A DNA stretch of 64,000 nt from Takakia lepidozioides. Lineage: Eukaryota; Plantae; Bryophyta. The translations under genes and the position numbers were made by a program. Of the stretch, positions 1 through 14,110 are shown piece after piece. The notes beneath the pieces were generated by a model. That model saw only the letters and a list, made by a program, of their open reading frames with translations, was not told the DNA's origin and searched no databases. Location: positions 59,706,001-59,770,000 of the forward strand of contig CM060731.1 in the NCBI GenBank assembly GCA_030704615.1, read 5' to 3'. Numbering within the stretch: the stretch's first letter is position 1; the number at the start of each line of letters is the position of its first letter.

Positions 1-1818
1 TGAACTTCATTGAAATGTTCATGATGACGATATAGGGTCATCTTCGAAAAGGCGGTCGAAAGGTAAAAACGACTTCTAGTTATGACAACTTCAATGTAGT
101 ATGAAGTCTCTCTTTTAATAATCATGTAGGTGCAAGTGAAACGTTCATATGTTATTACGCTTGCTTGATGCACAATTAATACCTAAACACTATGTACACC
201 AATTCATTTGGTTAGTTTGGGAAGGTCAGGTAACCCGACATGTGGGAAGAGCCAATCTGTGGGACCGCAAGAGGCTTGGAGAGGAGGGACATGGCTCGAC
301 ATGATGTAGATACATGTACGCCTAGGCTAGCGTAGAAGTAGGAGGTGGGCCCTCTTTTTACTTCTAGAGAATTCTAGAAGCGGGAGGAGTCGGTGGGTCT
401 GTTCCTTCAGATCTGCAAGTTGGCAAGCTACTCCCCACTTGGGAGGCAAGCGGGTAACTCTCAAAATCAGGGCTGACTGTGTCCTCCGAGTCCAAGTGCG
501 GCATAGATAGAACATCATTGTCGTCACAAAGGAGGTTCAGGAGTAGAGGAAACCCTCTTCCTCTTTATGTTCGTGCCTGCTGCATCGCCCTGCTCCATTA
601 AAGGGATGATGAACGGATCAACTCCAGAGATGATAAGGCCACTTAGGCTGCATGGCTAAACAGAGAATGTGAACCAGCCCTGTGATGGTTCTCAGAAAGA
701 ACATAAGAGTGAGGAGAAAAGATAAGAGGAGGAGAGGGGCCGGGTAAGCTACTGCACAGCTTGATCGAACAAATTCAAAGGTGTTGCGGCCATAACAAAT
801 GCTTGTACTTGGTGACCCTCGCGGGCATACTCACGCTGTGGATGATTAGTTGTGTACAGAGAGAATCACAAGAGCACATGCAATCACCACTCTTCATGAG
901 ATCAACGGGAGCACGCCATGACTGTCTTCTCTTCCGCTGCGGCGGTTGTGGTGTGTAATTTGGTTACAACTCTGACTATGCAGTATAGATAGTTAGGGTA
1001 AAGATGGGGGCCCTCTGTTCTCACTACAGTTGTATCATTATTCAAAGAGATGTGCTTGCAAGGCACTCAACCAGACGTTGTGATCCTTCTAGCGGCTTGT
1101 GCTTTTAGACCTCATGTAAAAGAAGCTTGCAGCAGCCGTGAAGAGAAGAGGGGTGAAGCCACCTGTGATGACCTACACATCCCTAATCCCTGTGTATGCA
1201 AATGCTCTAGTTGTAGCATAAGTAACCAAACTTCCTGTGAGTCACCTTGAGGGTTCTTGTTATCATCGTGGTCTATTGAATTGTATGGATTTGTAGGCTA
1301 TAAATTGAAGCACAAGAACCAACCCTAGCCCAAGTGCCCAGAATGCATCTGTCCATCGGGAGTCTTGCTTGTTACCATTCAGAGATCATCACTCAAGGAC
1401 CTGTAGAGAATGGCCCGCATACACATTTCCAATCCGACCACACACTTTTGTGTGCCAACTGTCGTAGATGAGCATAATTATTAGTCGACGTTAGATAGCT
1501 AGTCACTGCCATGCAGCCTGACGTTGGTGCTGATCTGATTTTGCTGGGATTTTTCAGGGATGCCTCTTATGCTGTCTATACATTTAGGTACAGTTTGTGA
1601 ACTACTGAGATTGCTGGAACAACAGTAATCAAACATTTAGCATGTCGATTGATGGACATAATGTCGAGCAACTCTGAAATCCCTTCCAGCAGAACTAGCA
1701 AAATTAGACCTACAGCTCACAACATAGTTGAGCCTGGACTAATTACGTACGACTTGCAGTGTTACTGATGCCTACAAAGAATGGACGTTCGTATCTGTCA
1801 TGCTCACAAGTGAAGAAT

Positions 1819-4800
1819 TCAAAAAGTTTCAACCAGCTCATCATATGAAAGTCTAAGAGCTGGGATGGACCTCTTCTTCCTTGGACTCAATCTTTTTCCG
1901 GGAGGCTGTTCAAATGTTACCGTCTTCTTGATACGGAGAGATTTCTGGTTAATAACGGAAGGTGGGGACCAATCCATCTCTTCAGGCTCCTCTTTGGCTG
2001 GAGCCAAGATCTGAAGAATCTGTCAAGGTTATCAAACAGGAAGATGTCACTCGAAAGTTTTTGCCTAGTTGTATTGACTGCATTTGAAGTCTTTCCAGAA
2101 TACACGTGCAAATCCTCTCTTCCTCTCCCTCTTCTTACTAAACGAAGCACAAGAATTTCAAGCTTAGAGCTAGGTGAATGCGAAGGTTTCATGTCCAAAA
2201 CCCCAAACAAATGAATAAAAGGTCATGTGGTTGATGGAAAAACCTTAGAAATCTGCGGGCGGCTAGAGGGAGCCTGTTGAATGCAAAGGGCAGCTGCACA
2301 TTTCATGCAGTACAATTCTGAATGCACGTAGCGACCTTCCAAGTGTGGATCCAACATTTCATCGATCACTTTCTCAAAATCGTCAAGCATCGGCCGGGCC
2401 TGTTAATTCGGAATTAGACAACTGGTTACAGAGCTTGGAGCTGAGTCACAGAGGAGACACCACTCTATTGGCACTTTGTCATACACCGGATCTATTACAG
2501 AGTTACATTGCGATTTTTGCTTCACCGATCATATGCCGAAGTATATTCGAAGAGGCAACACTTTTGAGAGTTCAATGGCAGAACTGACTTTCAAGTGTTT
2601 CCCTCGCTGAGGGCATGGGTCGCAAGCAGCGGTCTATCATGTAACAGCTCTTAGTATCTGAAGGAGGGAGAAAGCAGACTGGGAAAGACATATATCTCCT
2701 GATCATTGTAGACAGTCAATTACGCAATGCAGGAGTGGGCAACAGATATATATATCTTTTCAATACGCTCAGGATCGAGGAGGTGCAGATTTACACTCAC
2801 CCACTCTGCAAGTAACTGTTCTTCTTTCGGCCGAGATGGATCATAGGCTTTTCGCCCAGTGATGAGCTCCAAAAGGATGACACCAAATCCGTATACATCT
2901 ATCTTCTCTGTAAGCTGCTGCCCTTTCAGTAGACAGTCTGAAGCCATATACCTATAAGGCCCACCCATGCATTCACAAACCTCGTCATCGGGCCATCAGA
3001 AGGGATCATACCTGATCGACCTACACCTTTGCGTTGAGCTTTCTCATGTAGGGTTGGGAAGGAAACACCCGGTAAGCAGTACTGTGCGTGAACTGCATAA
3101 AATGTCCCCAAACTGATTCGGAAATTTAAACAATGAAGAGCCAATGAATGTAGCCTTATACAATGCAAAATCTTTTGGGATGAACCCAGTGTGATGAGTC
3201 CTGGTGACTTGCAACCTCCAACATACTGGATTACAAAAGTGTTCTAGAACTTTAGGCTACATGTATGAGGTACTTAATTGACTGGTCGGTGAGATGGCTG
3301 AACATCATTGAATTTGAACTTTCGAGTTGTGCAGGCATTGAACAAAAATGTGCACGTGCAACAGCGTCTACATTCTCTAGGTTCTTTGCAGCTCAAATCT
3401 GCATCCCCCCTATGTGAATTCCTTAAGGATATCCCCGCCTCCATGCCTGAGACCTGTACCTCTGCATTTCACAGTTTTAACAACAGATCAAGTTGCTAGG
3501 ATAGAACCTGCTCACCCATTTATGACATCTGAGTCACATAAATCAACATCAATCTCTGTCTCCGAAAGCCATCTGGCCGATCCAAAGCCGCCAAGCTGCA
3601 GTAACCGAAGAATCATTCTTCATGTATGAGACTAGTGTACCCTAATCTGGTATGAAAGTTGGCCATTCAGAATTGTAGAAGTACACCTCTCGAATCTTGA
3701 CTATTTCTACAACGTAAATAGACCTCGAAAGGACTACGCAAAACAATCATGTTCACAGAGTATGCCGGTTGTAAGCATATACAGTGTGCGTTGTATATAA
3801 GTGTGACCATTGTTTTCATGAGCAAGATGAGACAGAACTAGCGTTCATGTGCTAGTATGTGTAATCAGAGTGCAACACAAACCTCACAAATCTGTGACTT
3901 TGATGTGGCCTAGCTGGTGGGTCGATCCTACAAACCATGCTCTTCCGAAAACCACCAGGAAATTGAGATGTCCAAAGTGGAAGATTTGAGTCACATGTGA
4001 ATAAATCAGGCACCACTGTAAACTCTATTTGCCGAGCTATCTGCAATGGTTGTAACCCAACATACCAAGGAAGGAACGCACCATGGAAACATGTTGATGT
4101 GTAAGGAAAATGTTGTCGGACCGCACATCACAGTGCACAATCCTTCCTGTCGGACATTCCTCATGCAAGTAGCGCAGTGCTTTGGCCACTTGGATGGCAA
4201 TTCTTTGACGCACAGACCATCCAAGCTGAGCAATATTTGGATTTCGGGCTGCATTCAAGAACAATTGAAGTATAGGATATTGTTACAAGTGTATACCAGA
4301 TGAAAAAGAACAGCTAGAAGAAAGTAAAGAAAGTTTCTTGAAAATTTGTCAGAGGAAGCCCACCTATCGACTTACATGAGAGGTGCCAGTCTAGTGATCC
4401 ATTGCAGGCATAATTGTAAACCAGCATGCGCCACCTATCTTCAGTGCAGTGACCAAGAAGGGCCACAACGTTGGGATGCTTGGCCCACGTGAGAATGCCC
4501 ACTTCTGCATCGAACTTTGCATCCGAATCTTCTGTTCGTAATATCGTCTTTACCACCACAGCCTGTCCGCTACTTAGCATTCCTTTGTATACATATCCTG
4601 ATCTCCCTTCCACTAAGAAGCTGTTTTGCGAAAAATTGTCGGTTGCGGTTCTGAGCTCAGAACAGGTGAACCTCTTCATGGGATCGTCAACTGAATAAGA
4701 ACTACGACAGAAAGAACAAGAATGCAGGGCCACTGTATCAATGTTTGCAAACCGAACTTGCGGTCGCTCAGGTAAAGTCTTACGACGACGTGCACTAGAG

Positions 4801-5150
4801 CTTGCATGAATCTGGTCTTCCCTGTAGTTGAATGAATTCCGTCTAAAGTCTCCAACATGATTCAAGGGTCTATATATGTTCACTCTTTCCGGAGAGTACT
4901 GTTCTCTACGACTAGAATGAGGAAGACTGCTACATTTTACAACAAGCGCATCGTTGGAAAGGCTGAATCCCTTGTGATTACGGTCCACGTGGATATTTCC
5001 CACCAACTGGGAGTCTATCTGATCTCCTTCAACACTAGACCTGCTTGACGGGTCCAAAGGTTTCTCCCTTTTGGGACCCCACTTGAAATTCATTGTTGTC
5101 TTCGGATTCTTCACTCGTGACTCTTCCTCACTCCCAGTAGATGGGCGCAT
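1819..5150 (-). CDS. Receptor-like cytoplasmic kinase (RLK/Pelle family), probably a pseudokinase; exons approx. 5150-4376, 4248-4082, 3595-3516, 2951-2801, 2399-2244, 2019-1819
   Basis: GT-AG-bounded exons splice in frame: FTCSELRTATDNFS, EGRSGYVYKG, VVVK, HPNVVALLGHC, HCDVRSDN, LGGFGSARW, GYMASDC, DVYGFGVILLELITGRK, AEW|ARPML, CIQQAPSSRP. Additional upstream exons cannot be excluded. Confidence 0.85.
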
Positions 5151-8061
5151 CCACTATGGGACCATTCACTAGAGACGATCTACATGTATATGCCTATATA
5201 TACTTAACGGTCATCTTCATAAAAATATGAATATGCATGCGCGTAACTTCCAGGACTTCTTTGTTTTGCAACCTCAAACGACACAGATTAGACAATCTGA
5301 TGCAATTTGACTCTCGAATCTGATTATAAGTTTCCTCAGGCCCTTCTCTTTTTCCTCAACAGACACACTCAAATGTTGGCATTGGCTGGCCAATGCCTGT
5401 GATACATGTAGCCGCTCGAGGCTAAATCATTCAAAAACGAGTTGGTTGTGTCAAATTCAAGGAAAAGATATGGCCCCGCAAGCAAGCAGGTTGTCAAATC
5501 TGAAGCATATGCTGCTAATCCAACTTCCTACCAGGAACGTCACTCTTACTTAAGGTGCACCTGACGTAATGCACAGAGTCACTCGTCGCCTTGCTTCAAT
5601 TATAAACGACACTTCTATGGGCGGAAGTCACGATTGTCTAATACATCGAAGTTGGGAGAATCGAAGTTGGGAGAATAGTAATTTATAGCTTTTCGAATGT
5701 GGTCACTCGTCACAGTGTCCTCATCAAAAGGAGGGAGGCAGACACCACATTCAGGACTAGACAACTGTGCATCTACCAAGCGCAAGAGATCAAATTACGC
5801 CAATATATGAGTATCACTATCACAGACGACACATAAAATCTTCAGACCAGACTCGCCCACGGGCGAAGTTGAGATATGGTCGATCTTCCGCGTCCCAGAT
5901 GCGGATTTAAAGCCCTGGGATAAGACACTCTCAGACTGAGAACTTGCGTGGACTGGAGAGGAGAAGGCAGGGCCATGTACACAGCACAGAAAACGGTCCA
6001 GATTGGGATATCCTTGCCTGCTCCGGTAGCTTGCTGCCACTGCACATGTCTCTTGTGCTGGCTCTTCTTGTTCCCCTCGCCCTCGCCAACCGCATTCCTC
6101 TCCTTGCATGCCTTGGATTTGTACGCAACTGAGCTGCATTACTCAGTGGCAGCTAGCTTTGTTTTGTGTGGAATAACGACCACCATGTAGGTTGTTCCAC
6201 AACACTGTGCGTGGCTTTTCGAAAATAACTGAAAGGGTTTTAGTTCACAATATTCACTCCTTTAGGCTTTGTTCCAAGCAATCTATTATTATCTCAATTA
6301 CCTCGTCTGGTCTCCGCCACATTGCTGAGTCAGGTTGGCTTCATGACGAGTTGACCCAATCTTTTAACATTTCCGATGTGTTACGAGTTGGATGGCATCC
6401 ACCATACAAGATTTCAACTGTCGAGATAATGTCTAGGTGAAACGTGGGCGGTATTCATGCAATTTGCACACTGCATCCGTGCATGGACCTTCAACTTCGA
6501 CTGCAGGATAGTTAAATAATCCAAAGTCCTCTTACGTTAACTTCGTGATATGATTTAAGCATGAAATGTATGTATCGCATTGTTACAAAGTTATGATAGC
6601 TTGAACATGGACTGTTTGTTGAACTTTTCGATAATAGACTTCTGAATATCGGAGGCTGATCTTCACACTTTCTTGACAAAAGAAGTAGCTAATGGATTCC
6701 CGGGTGCAAGTAAATGAATAGAGACTTGCGTTCCAGGGTACCAGGAACTTTTTCTATGTGGATTTTGGTTCAAATTAGTCTCATATCTAGCTACACCCAC
6801 AAAAGATACGAGAGGCTGGTGCCACCCCCCCCAGGTCACATGCATATCTTTGGTGGGTGAAGTGGGTTGTTTGACGAGGAAATTATGAATACATTGACAT
6901 TCGGGATCATGCGAGGATCATGCGAGGATCATGCCAGGGATGTTCTTTTGGCCAAGACAATGGGACTAATTACATCATCTGGAGTGCATATGTTGCATGT
7001 AGTCAACCTGTCATCACCTTTAGCTCCCAAAATATAATATGGCAGATCACTGACTCTGATCCTATACCAACTGATCCTCCACCGGCTGGACTAAGATGGC
7101 GGATCATATCAAACGAGTCCTCACAGGTAGTCAGCGATCCATCAGAGTGCAGACACATGCACGAATATGCCCAGGTACCTAGAGCTCATACTGCGGGTCC
7201 CTCTTCCCTCAAAGTCCCAAGCACTTTTCCGCAGCAAGAAAAAGTGAAGCTCCAGCTAAGGGAAGGCCCGTGTCCATGGGCATCTTCCCGTAAACTTTGG
7301 ATCCATAGACTGACCGTAGTGGATTTAAACCAATTTGGAACTGATGAGCATAACTTATTCAAATCTTCAGATCAAATGAGACAAGCCCAAGTGCAACGGA
7401 TATAGCCCATGTCATAAGTTCTATTGATCCATTGTTCACAAGATTTGGATGAAATTTGATATTTTAAATTATGGTCTATAAAGCCCATATATGAGCTATT
7501 ATAGGTACTTCTACCCCTAGAAGTACCGCTGGGCGCGGCGCAGTTGACCCATGGCATAAGGGCTTGCTTCCATAGATTTGACTCCTCTCTATGGTGGTCA
7601 CTTCATGCTAAACCCAACTGAGCTTATTAAATGGCTCCGACCTAAGTGCATGGTATTACCGTCCGCGTATATATGAATTGAGGGATATGTTGAATGAGAT
7701 ACTAAGAGATTTTTTAATTAGATGATGATATAAACTTTTTGTCACCTTATTATGACACACTTTTAATGTCCTATTGCAATACGAGTTGGCCAAGTTGTCA
7801 CTTTATTACAGGATTGGCACTTTATTACATAAAATTTAAAAAGCATGGCGATTTCTAGCAGATCGTTTGCATCGCAGTCGATAAAGGCGCTTGCTGATCG
7901 ATGAGGCTTCTATCCCTTTTGCCAGATCGCACACTGTTCAAGTCATTCGATTCGGTGCTACAAGGCTCAGATTCCAGTTTCTTTGCAATCTCAATAGATG
8001 CCAAATTTCTCAATCTAGCATATGGCGCAGAAACTTCGAAAAACACTCGAGCAACATCTAT

Positions 8062-8200
8062 CATCTCCACTTCATGCGGTCTCATCAAACATTTCCAGAT
8101 GAACTTGCTCTTTCCAAATTCATTATGTTGTTTTTAACCGGTACAACCCAATTGGCAGAAGAAAAATGTTGACCAAACTTCATCATATGGAGGAGAACAC
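8062..8200. repeat. About 140-bp direct repeat, second copy at 10803-10942
   Basis: catctccacttcatgcggtctcat...catcatatggag(g/a)agaacac occurs at both positions with scattered substitutions. Confidence 0.8.
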
Positions 8201-8202
8201 GA

Positions 8203-8413
8203 TGTCGCGGCCCTTTGCCTTGAGGGCAGGGGGTCGGGACACATGAGGGGCTGCCCCTGTGGTGGGGGCAGCGGCAGCGATAGGTATGGGGGGCTGAAGC
8301 ACCCTTGAGTGCCCAAGGCACTCAAGGAGGCGGAGGCGGAGGCGGAGGCGGAGGCACTCACTAGGTGGAGCCCCGCACACCGGGTTGCGGTGGGGGTGGC
8401 TCCACAAGGGGTG
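8203..8413 (+). mobile_element. Truncated LTR fragment (first ~210 bp) of the chromovirus at 48995-55965
   Basis: TGTCGCGGCCCTTTGCCTTGAGGGCAGG... is the reverse complement of the LTR ends at 49717 and 55965; it carries an expanded GGAGGC microsatellite. Confidence 0.9.
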
Positions 8414-8911
8414 AGTGCACTGCCCATTGTGTGGGCAATCTGAAGACAATATTCATTTTCTGATACACTGTCTGGGGTTCTCTCACCAAATGGGCTAAGT
8501 CTCTAGAATCCATTCAAGTGGGGGCGCTTAAGGAGTGTATGTCAGCATGCTCCAAAACAGCCAATGTGGTTGTTCAAGGTGAGTTTGGCATTCCATCATT
8601 AAGCTCCCGACGAGATGAAATCAAGGTCAGATGGTGGGGTCAGCTGCAACATATGCCCAACACCAGATATCCTAAGTTAATCGACTCTATATCTTGGAAA
8701 CCCTAAACCCTGTCAAACAGGCGAAGTCCTGGCAGAAGAGAGTAGAAAAGATTCTCAAGGACCTTGACCTGGATCCGCAAGTCTTGACCCTGCTGGATAA
8801 ATCTGACTTAGAGGCTGTAGTGTCTGAAGCCATGTCTGTTGCCATGAGATTGTCTGATGAAAATGAAGTTAGGCAGAGAACTTCCCTGAACTTGTTCCAG
8901 TCAGTGACATT
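8413..8911 (+). pseudogene. LINE ORF2 C-terminal fragment; near-identical inverted copy at 9966-10465
   Basis: GEFGIPSLSSRRDEIKVRWWGQL...RYPKLI; the ORF pairs 8518+/10170- and 8694+/9910- are almost identical. Confidence 0.7.
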
Positions 8912-9599
8912 TGGCCATAGACGGCTAAGGAGGCTGGCAACACATTTATGTGTTTCAAAGCAACCAGCAAACCGGTTGCAGGGAGGACAGAGACGACGAG
9001 GTGATGCGAGAACCCGGGGGGTGCACTCCAGCCAATATGTACCAGCCACGTGCGTGCACAGGAGGGGGTATTTTAAACCCCTCCATGTACAACATTATAC
9101 ATATAGAGGGGGGTTTATATCACCTTAAATATAATCTTACAGGAGGGGGTTACTAAGTTTTAGGAGTAGTCTAGTGGTAAGGGCGTAGAATGTGGCGTGA
9201 CACATCGCGGGATCAAATCGCGATGCAATGCTTTTTTGCTTTTCTTTTTTTTCTTTTCTCCCCGCGATCTGTCTCCCGCGGGCTCTCTTTTCCCTCCTCC
9301 CCCGCACCCCTTCCGTGTCAGCATGGTCTTAGCATGCCATGAGCTTTGTGACCCCCTCTCTTTCTTGTTTTTTTTCCCCTCTTATCCCATAAGATCTTTG
9401 AGCTTCCTGCAGCCATTGTGAAGTACAATCGCATTCTACCAAGATTTGGTGTTTGCGGAATAGTGGCACCCTTCCATGGCCTAAGCATACTCAACAAGGC
9501 CTGGCTCCGGAGGCTGAGACAGAAGCTTCAGTTCATCTTGTGGCTCCTGAGAAACCTGGTCGCTATCTCTCATTGGCGTCTGGTAGCACCTGCTGGTCC

Positions 9600-10575
9600 T
9601 AAGTTTGGTCATCGGGTTTGGGTTTTGATTCAGGTATGTCCAAACTGATTGCTTTTCTTTTGTTCTGTTCCTCTGTGCCTCTCCACCTATCCTCAGCCTC
9701 GAGACTTTCAAAGTTGGTAAACAGGGGTATATGCACAATTCCCTTGATAGAATTGAAGAGAGCGTCTCTTTGGTGAGAGAACCCCGGACAGTGTATCAGA
9801 AAACGAATACTGTCTTCAGGTTGCCCACACAACGGACAATTGCACTCTCCCTTTCCTCTCTGCTTCTGTTTGCTGTTCAAAGGTAGGCTTCCTGCCCTGA
9901 GTTTAAATTTCAGTCTAGTGCCGAGAGTGGGTAGACCCTTGAGGTCATCCAAGTTGTCCACCCCCATGTCACTGACTGGAACATGTTCAGGGAAGTTCTC
10001 TGCCTAACTTCATTTTCATCAGACAATCTCATGGCAACAGACATGGCTTCAGACACTACAGCCTCTAAGTCAGATTTATCCAGCAGGGTCAAGACTTGCG
10101 GATCCAGGTCAAGGTCCTTGAGAATCTTTTCTACTCTCTTCTGCCAGGACTTCGCCTGTTTGACGGGGTTTAGGGTTTCCAAGATATAAAGTCGATTAAC
10201 TTAGGATATCTGGTGTTGGGCATATGTTGCAGCTGACCCCACCATCTGACCTTGATTTCATCTCGTCGGGAGCTTAATGATGGAATGCCAAACTCACCCT
10301 GAACAGCCACATTGGCTGTTTTGGAGCATGCTGACATACACTCCTTAAGCGCCCCCACTTGAATGGATTCTAGAGACTTAGCCCATTTGGTGAGAGAACC
10401 CCAGACAGTGTATCAGAAAATGAATATTGTCTTCAGATTGCCCACACAATGGGCAGTGCACTCCCCCTTTCCTCTCTGCTACTGTTTGTTGTTCAAAGGT
10501 AGGCTTCCTGCCCTGAGTTTAAATTTCAGTCTAGTGCCGAGAGTGGGTGGACCCTTGAGGTCATCCAAGATGTCC
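9600..10575 (-). pseudogene. Rearranged LINE ORF2 C-terminal fragments with Zn-binding CxxC...HC tail (further copy at 13555-13797, + strand)
   Basis: TRLKFKLRAGSLPLN...CPLCGQPEDSIRFLIHCP; the 9770-9955 segment is repeated at 10386-10575. Confidence 0.7.
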
Positions 10576-11250
10576 ACAGATTAGCGATTGTACTTTTGCT
10601 ATGATCCCCCACAAAATTTCCATAAAGCTTACTACATTCCCCACAAAACAGCTTAACTATGCCATTGTGATCCCACGACTTTAGACACCATATGTGGTCA
10701 TCTATACTAGTCCTCTTCATGTCACTCTTAAGCTTCTCGATAGCTTGTGCGTACTTATCCAAGATTTCCGCAGGGAGCAAAGTGGACTTCATGTCGGGCT
10801 ACCATCTCCACTTCATGCGGTCTCATAATACATTTCCAGATGGAACCTGCTCTTTCCAAATCCATTCCGTTGTTTTTAACCGGTACAACCCAGTTGGCAG
10901 AAATGAAATATTGACCAGACTTCATCATATGGAGAAGAACACTGAAGACAGCGTTGGATTCAATTGCCCTCTCATCTTGTATTATACTCGTCCACTCCAT
11001 CTAGATTTCACAAGCCGTATCTGATTCGCAGCAGAAACTCTTCATCGCAAACCATTTTTTGATGCACATGTCTCCACGAGCCACCTATGATGTTATGAAA
11101 CTAGGGCAGATGAATGATATCAAGTACATCATCAGAGCTGCACCAAAAATCATTCATTACTACATTAACACAATGTCACGGTACTTAGGAAAATTTGCAA
11201 CACATAAGAGACCATATCTCCCCACTACATATGTAGTGAGTCTCCCTTTT

Positions 11251-11560
11251 TTAAGAGACAACGTCCCTGTTGTCCATTGTACCTCCTTCCTTGGTCACAT
11301 CCTGCACATATAGTTTAATGTCTCGCTTGCTGCGCACCCATATCTTGCGAGCACCATCCTTCAACAAACATTTGCGTTCAACCTCACTGGCTGGTCTCGA
11401 ATTCTCTGGATTTTTGTACCCCTGAAAGGAATACGGCCCCTCCCATCGACTTACCATAGCTCCCTGCTTTCCTGGTCGAATCATCATCACCAAAGCGTTA
11501 TCAGACAGCTCCTTATACTGATGACCAGCTCCTTTCACTAGAAGAAAAACGTGGAATAAC
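11251..11560 (-). pseudogene. Ty3/Gypsy integrase C-terminal (GPY/F) fragment
   Basis: LVMMIRPGKQGAMVSRWEGPY motif followed by a purine-rich tract. Confidence 0.55.
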
Positions 11561-12449
11561 CACTCTATTAACCACTTATTATGAGTGGTAAAAGACACTA
11601 AACCACTCTGGCCCCAGAGTGATGAAGAACCAGTGGATTAGGACAAGTGAGTGGTAAAAGACATCACGTGGCACTAGTGGTTAAGGACAGTGGTTCGAAC
11701 CACTCACGTCCGGGTCCACCTGTTAGCTGACGTGTCACAATGGTAAATTAACCACCGTGACGTGTCACAGTGGTAAACTGACGTGTCATAGACACTCTCA
11801 ACATGGACACGTGTCGTGTGTCAGTGCTACGAAATGGATGGAGTGAAAAATTCAATGACTTCTGAAACCCCTCGTTGAGTGATCATGAAATGACTCATAT
11901 AGTCATTCTATGAAAACTGAGAATATACAATATCATTCATAGCGTGGTTATGTGAGTGGATGACGTCTCTCAGCAGGTCATTGGAATGATTACCCACAGA
12001 GTGGTATGTAAGCTATTTGAGTCATCCACGGTGTCTCTCTGAGTGGGAACTATGGATTGGAGTGATTACTAACAGAGTGGTGTGTAAGTGATTAGGAATA
12101 CCACTGGAGGAATCCATACCACTAATACAGTAATATATAGGTGATTACTCATACCACTATATGAGTGGTAATGTGGGCAATTGTGTGCATTTGGCTACTC
12201 CCATAGTTTTAAATTATACCACTATTACAGTGATGTGCAAGTGATTAGGAACATGACTAGAGGAACACATACCACTAGTGTAGTGAAAGAAGTACCATTG
12301 GGGATTCAAGCCCCACAAAATAGAATAGAATCCCAGAGAGTAAGTGCTAGAACACTGTCAACAAAATCCAGCCATGATAAAAGTCTGAGCCTAACTTCTA
12401 CACGACGTCTCTGCATGCATGCTAGGAACACTGAACTCATGCCTTAAGT

Positions 12450-14110
12450 TCATGAAGTTTTTTCCTCCGTTGTCCCCACCATTGATTGGGTCAGAAAAAG
12501 TATTCATTCCACAGCTTCTCCTCGTCTCAGTTGTTACATGTTTCTGGATACATCCCTGTTGTCACATTGGCAGTACCATGTCAAAGTCGCTCCAAACTAT
12601 CAAAGGCTCACTCAACTAGCTAACTTGCAGAATTCAACATGAAAACTTAGGGCCGATTCTGATAAGAGGGAAAAATAGGGTGAAATGTGTTGAAGAAGGT
12701 GCCTTCATTACCAGTGCCTGAGTTTATCATTGTGCCGCTGCTGCTGCGACTTCTAGTTGACCATCTACCCATGCAGGTTTCTTGTAGCTATTGATCCATC
12801 TAGTACATTTCCAGCTTTGGTGATGCAACCATGCACCTCCGATGCCCTTTCCCAGGGCTGCCAGGCTTGCTCACGCACTGCAAACGCACACAAACATGAT
12901 GTGGTCGAACTTCACCCCTTCCCCCATCATTTGCTTTCAGGTCTCCAAAGCCCCATACAGCGCCCTTGCTCTACACACCCTGCAAGCATCACATTCCACA
13001 ACACCACATTTCATTCAGCCATAGTGTTGAACACTCCCTTGGCATCCTCAATGCTACTATATTTGGCATACATGGCCACCAGAGCAGTGTTCAGGATGAC
13101 ATCTGGAACAATTGCAGATTTGATCATGTCACCAGGGATCTCTTTGCCCTTTTCCAGGGCTGCTAGACACACTGCAAACACACACAAACCTTATGTCAGC
13201 GGGCTTCACCCCTTCCCCCATCATTTGCTCATAGGTTGGAGCCTCCATCCCGCACCCCTGTTGTGCATACCCCGCAAGCATCGCACTCCACGACACCACA
13301 TCTCGTTCAGCCATAGTGTTGAACACTCCCTTGGCATCCTAGATGCACCCACATTTTGCAAACATGTTCACCAGGGTATTGTTCAGAATGACATCTGATA
13401 CAATTCCAGCTCTGAAGATGACGCCATGGACCTCTTTCTCCTTTTCCACATTTGGCATACATGTCCACCAGGACAGAGGCAGTGTTCAGAATGACATCTG
13501 GTAATCTGACAAACATTCTCCTTTTAGAATTGTCCTAGCAAATGCCCCAACCCTACTGACTTAGAGGCTGTAGTGTCCAAAGCCATGTCCGTTTCCAGAA
13601 AATTGTCTGATGAAAATGAAGTTAGGCAGAAAACTTCCCTGGACTTGTTTCCAGTCTGTGACATGGGGGAGGACATCATGGATGACCTCAAGGGTCTACC
13701 CACTCTCGGCACCAGACTGAAATTTAAACTAAGGGCAGGAATCCTACCTTTGAATAGCAAACAAAAGCAGAGAAGAAAGGGAGAGTGCAATTGCACCCAA
13801 CTCAACTTATCACACTAGTTCCTATGGTCAATTGCATCTGCTACACTCTGTAATCTGACAGGCATTCACCTTTTTGCCTCGGTTGTCCCACCAGTTACTA
13901 GGGTCAGAAAAGTATTCATCCCACAGCTTCTTCTCATATCTGTTACCTGTTTTTGGATACTTAGGGACAACTCTGATATGTTGAAGAAGGTACCTTCATT
14001 AGCAGTGGGCCTTGTTCTATCAGTTGCGCTGCTGCCATCGCTGTTTCCAGTTGACCATCTACCCACTCGTAGCCGTTGTGCTATTGAAGAAGGTGCCCCC
14101 CCTTCCCCCA
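12450..14110 (-). pseudogene. Mosaic of PLS-type PPR fragments and OSB-like (PDF-motif) fragments, interrupted by a LINE piece
   Basis: VDMYAKCG and VFNTMAERDVVSWSAMLAGYAQQG (PPR); EEKLWNEY...QWWDNRGKK and AWVDGQL (OSB PDF motif); many frameshifts. Confidence 0.7.

Noticed and set aside
5646-6935. Short tandem duplications (15 bp x2 at ~5646, 11 bp x3 at ~6905) and ORFs at 5795-6440
   Set aside because: These are ordinary slippage repeats; the ORFs have no recognisable domains or clear splice link to the kinase.
10526-11000. Possible zinc-finger transposase fragment (KLFCGECSK)
   Set aside because: Too short and truncated to assign.
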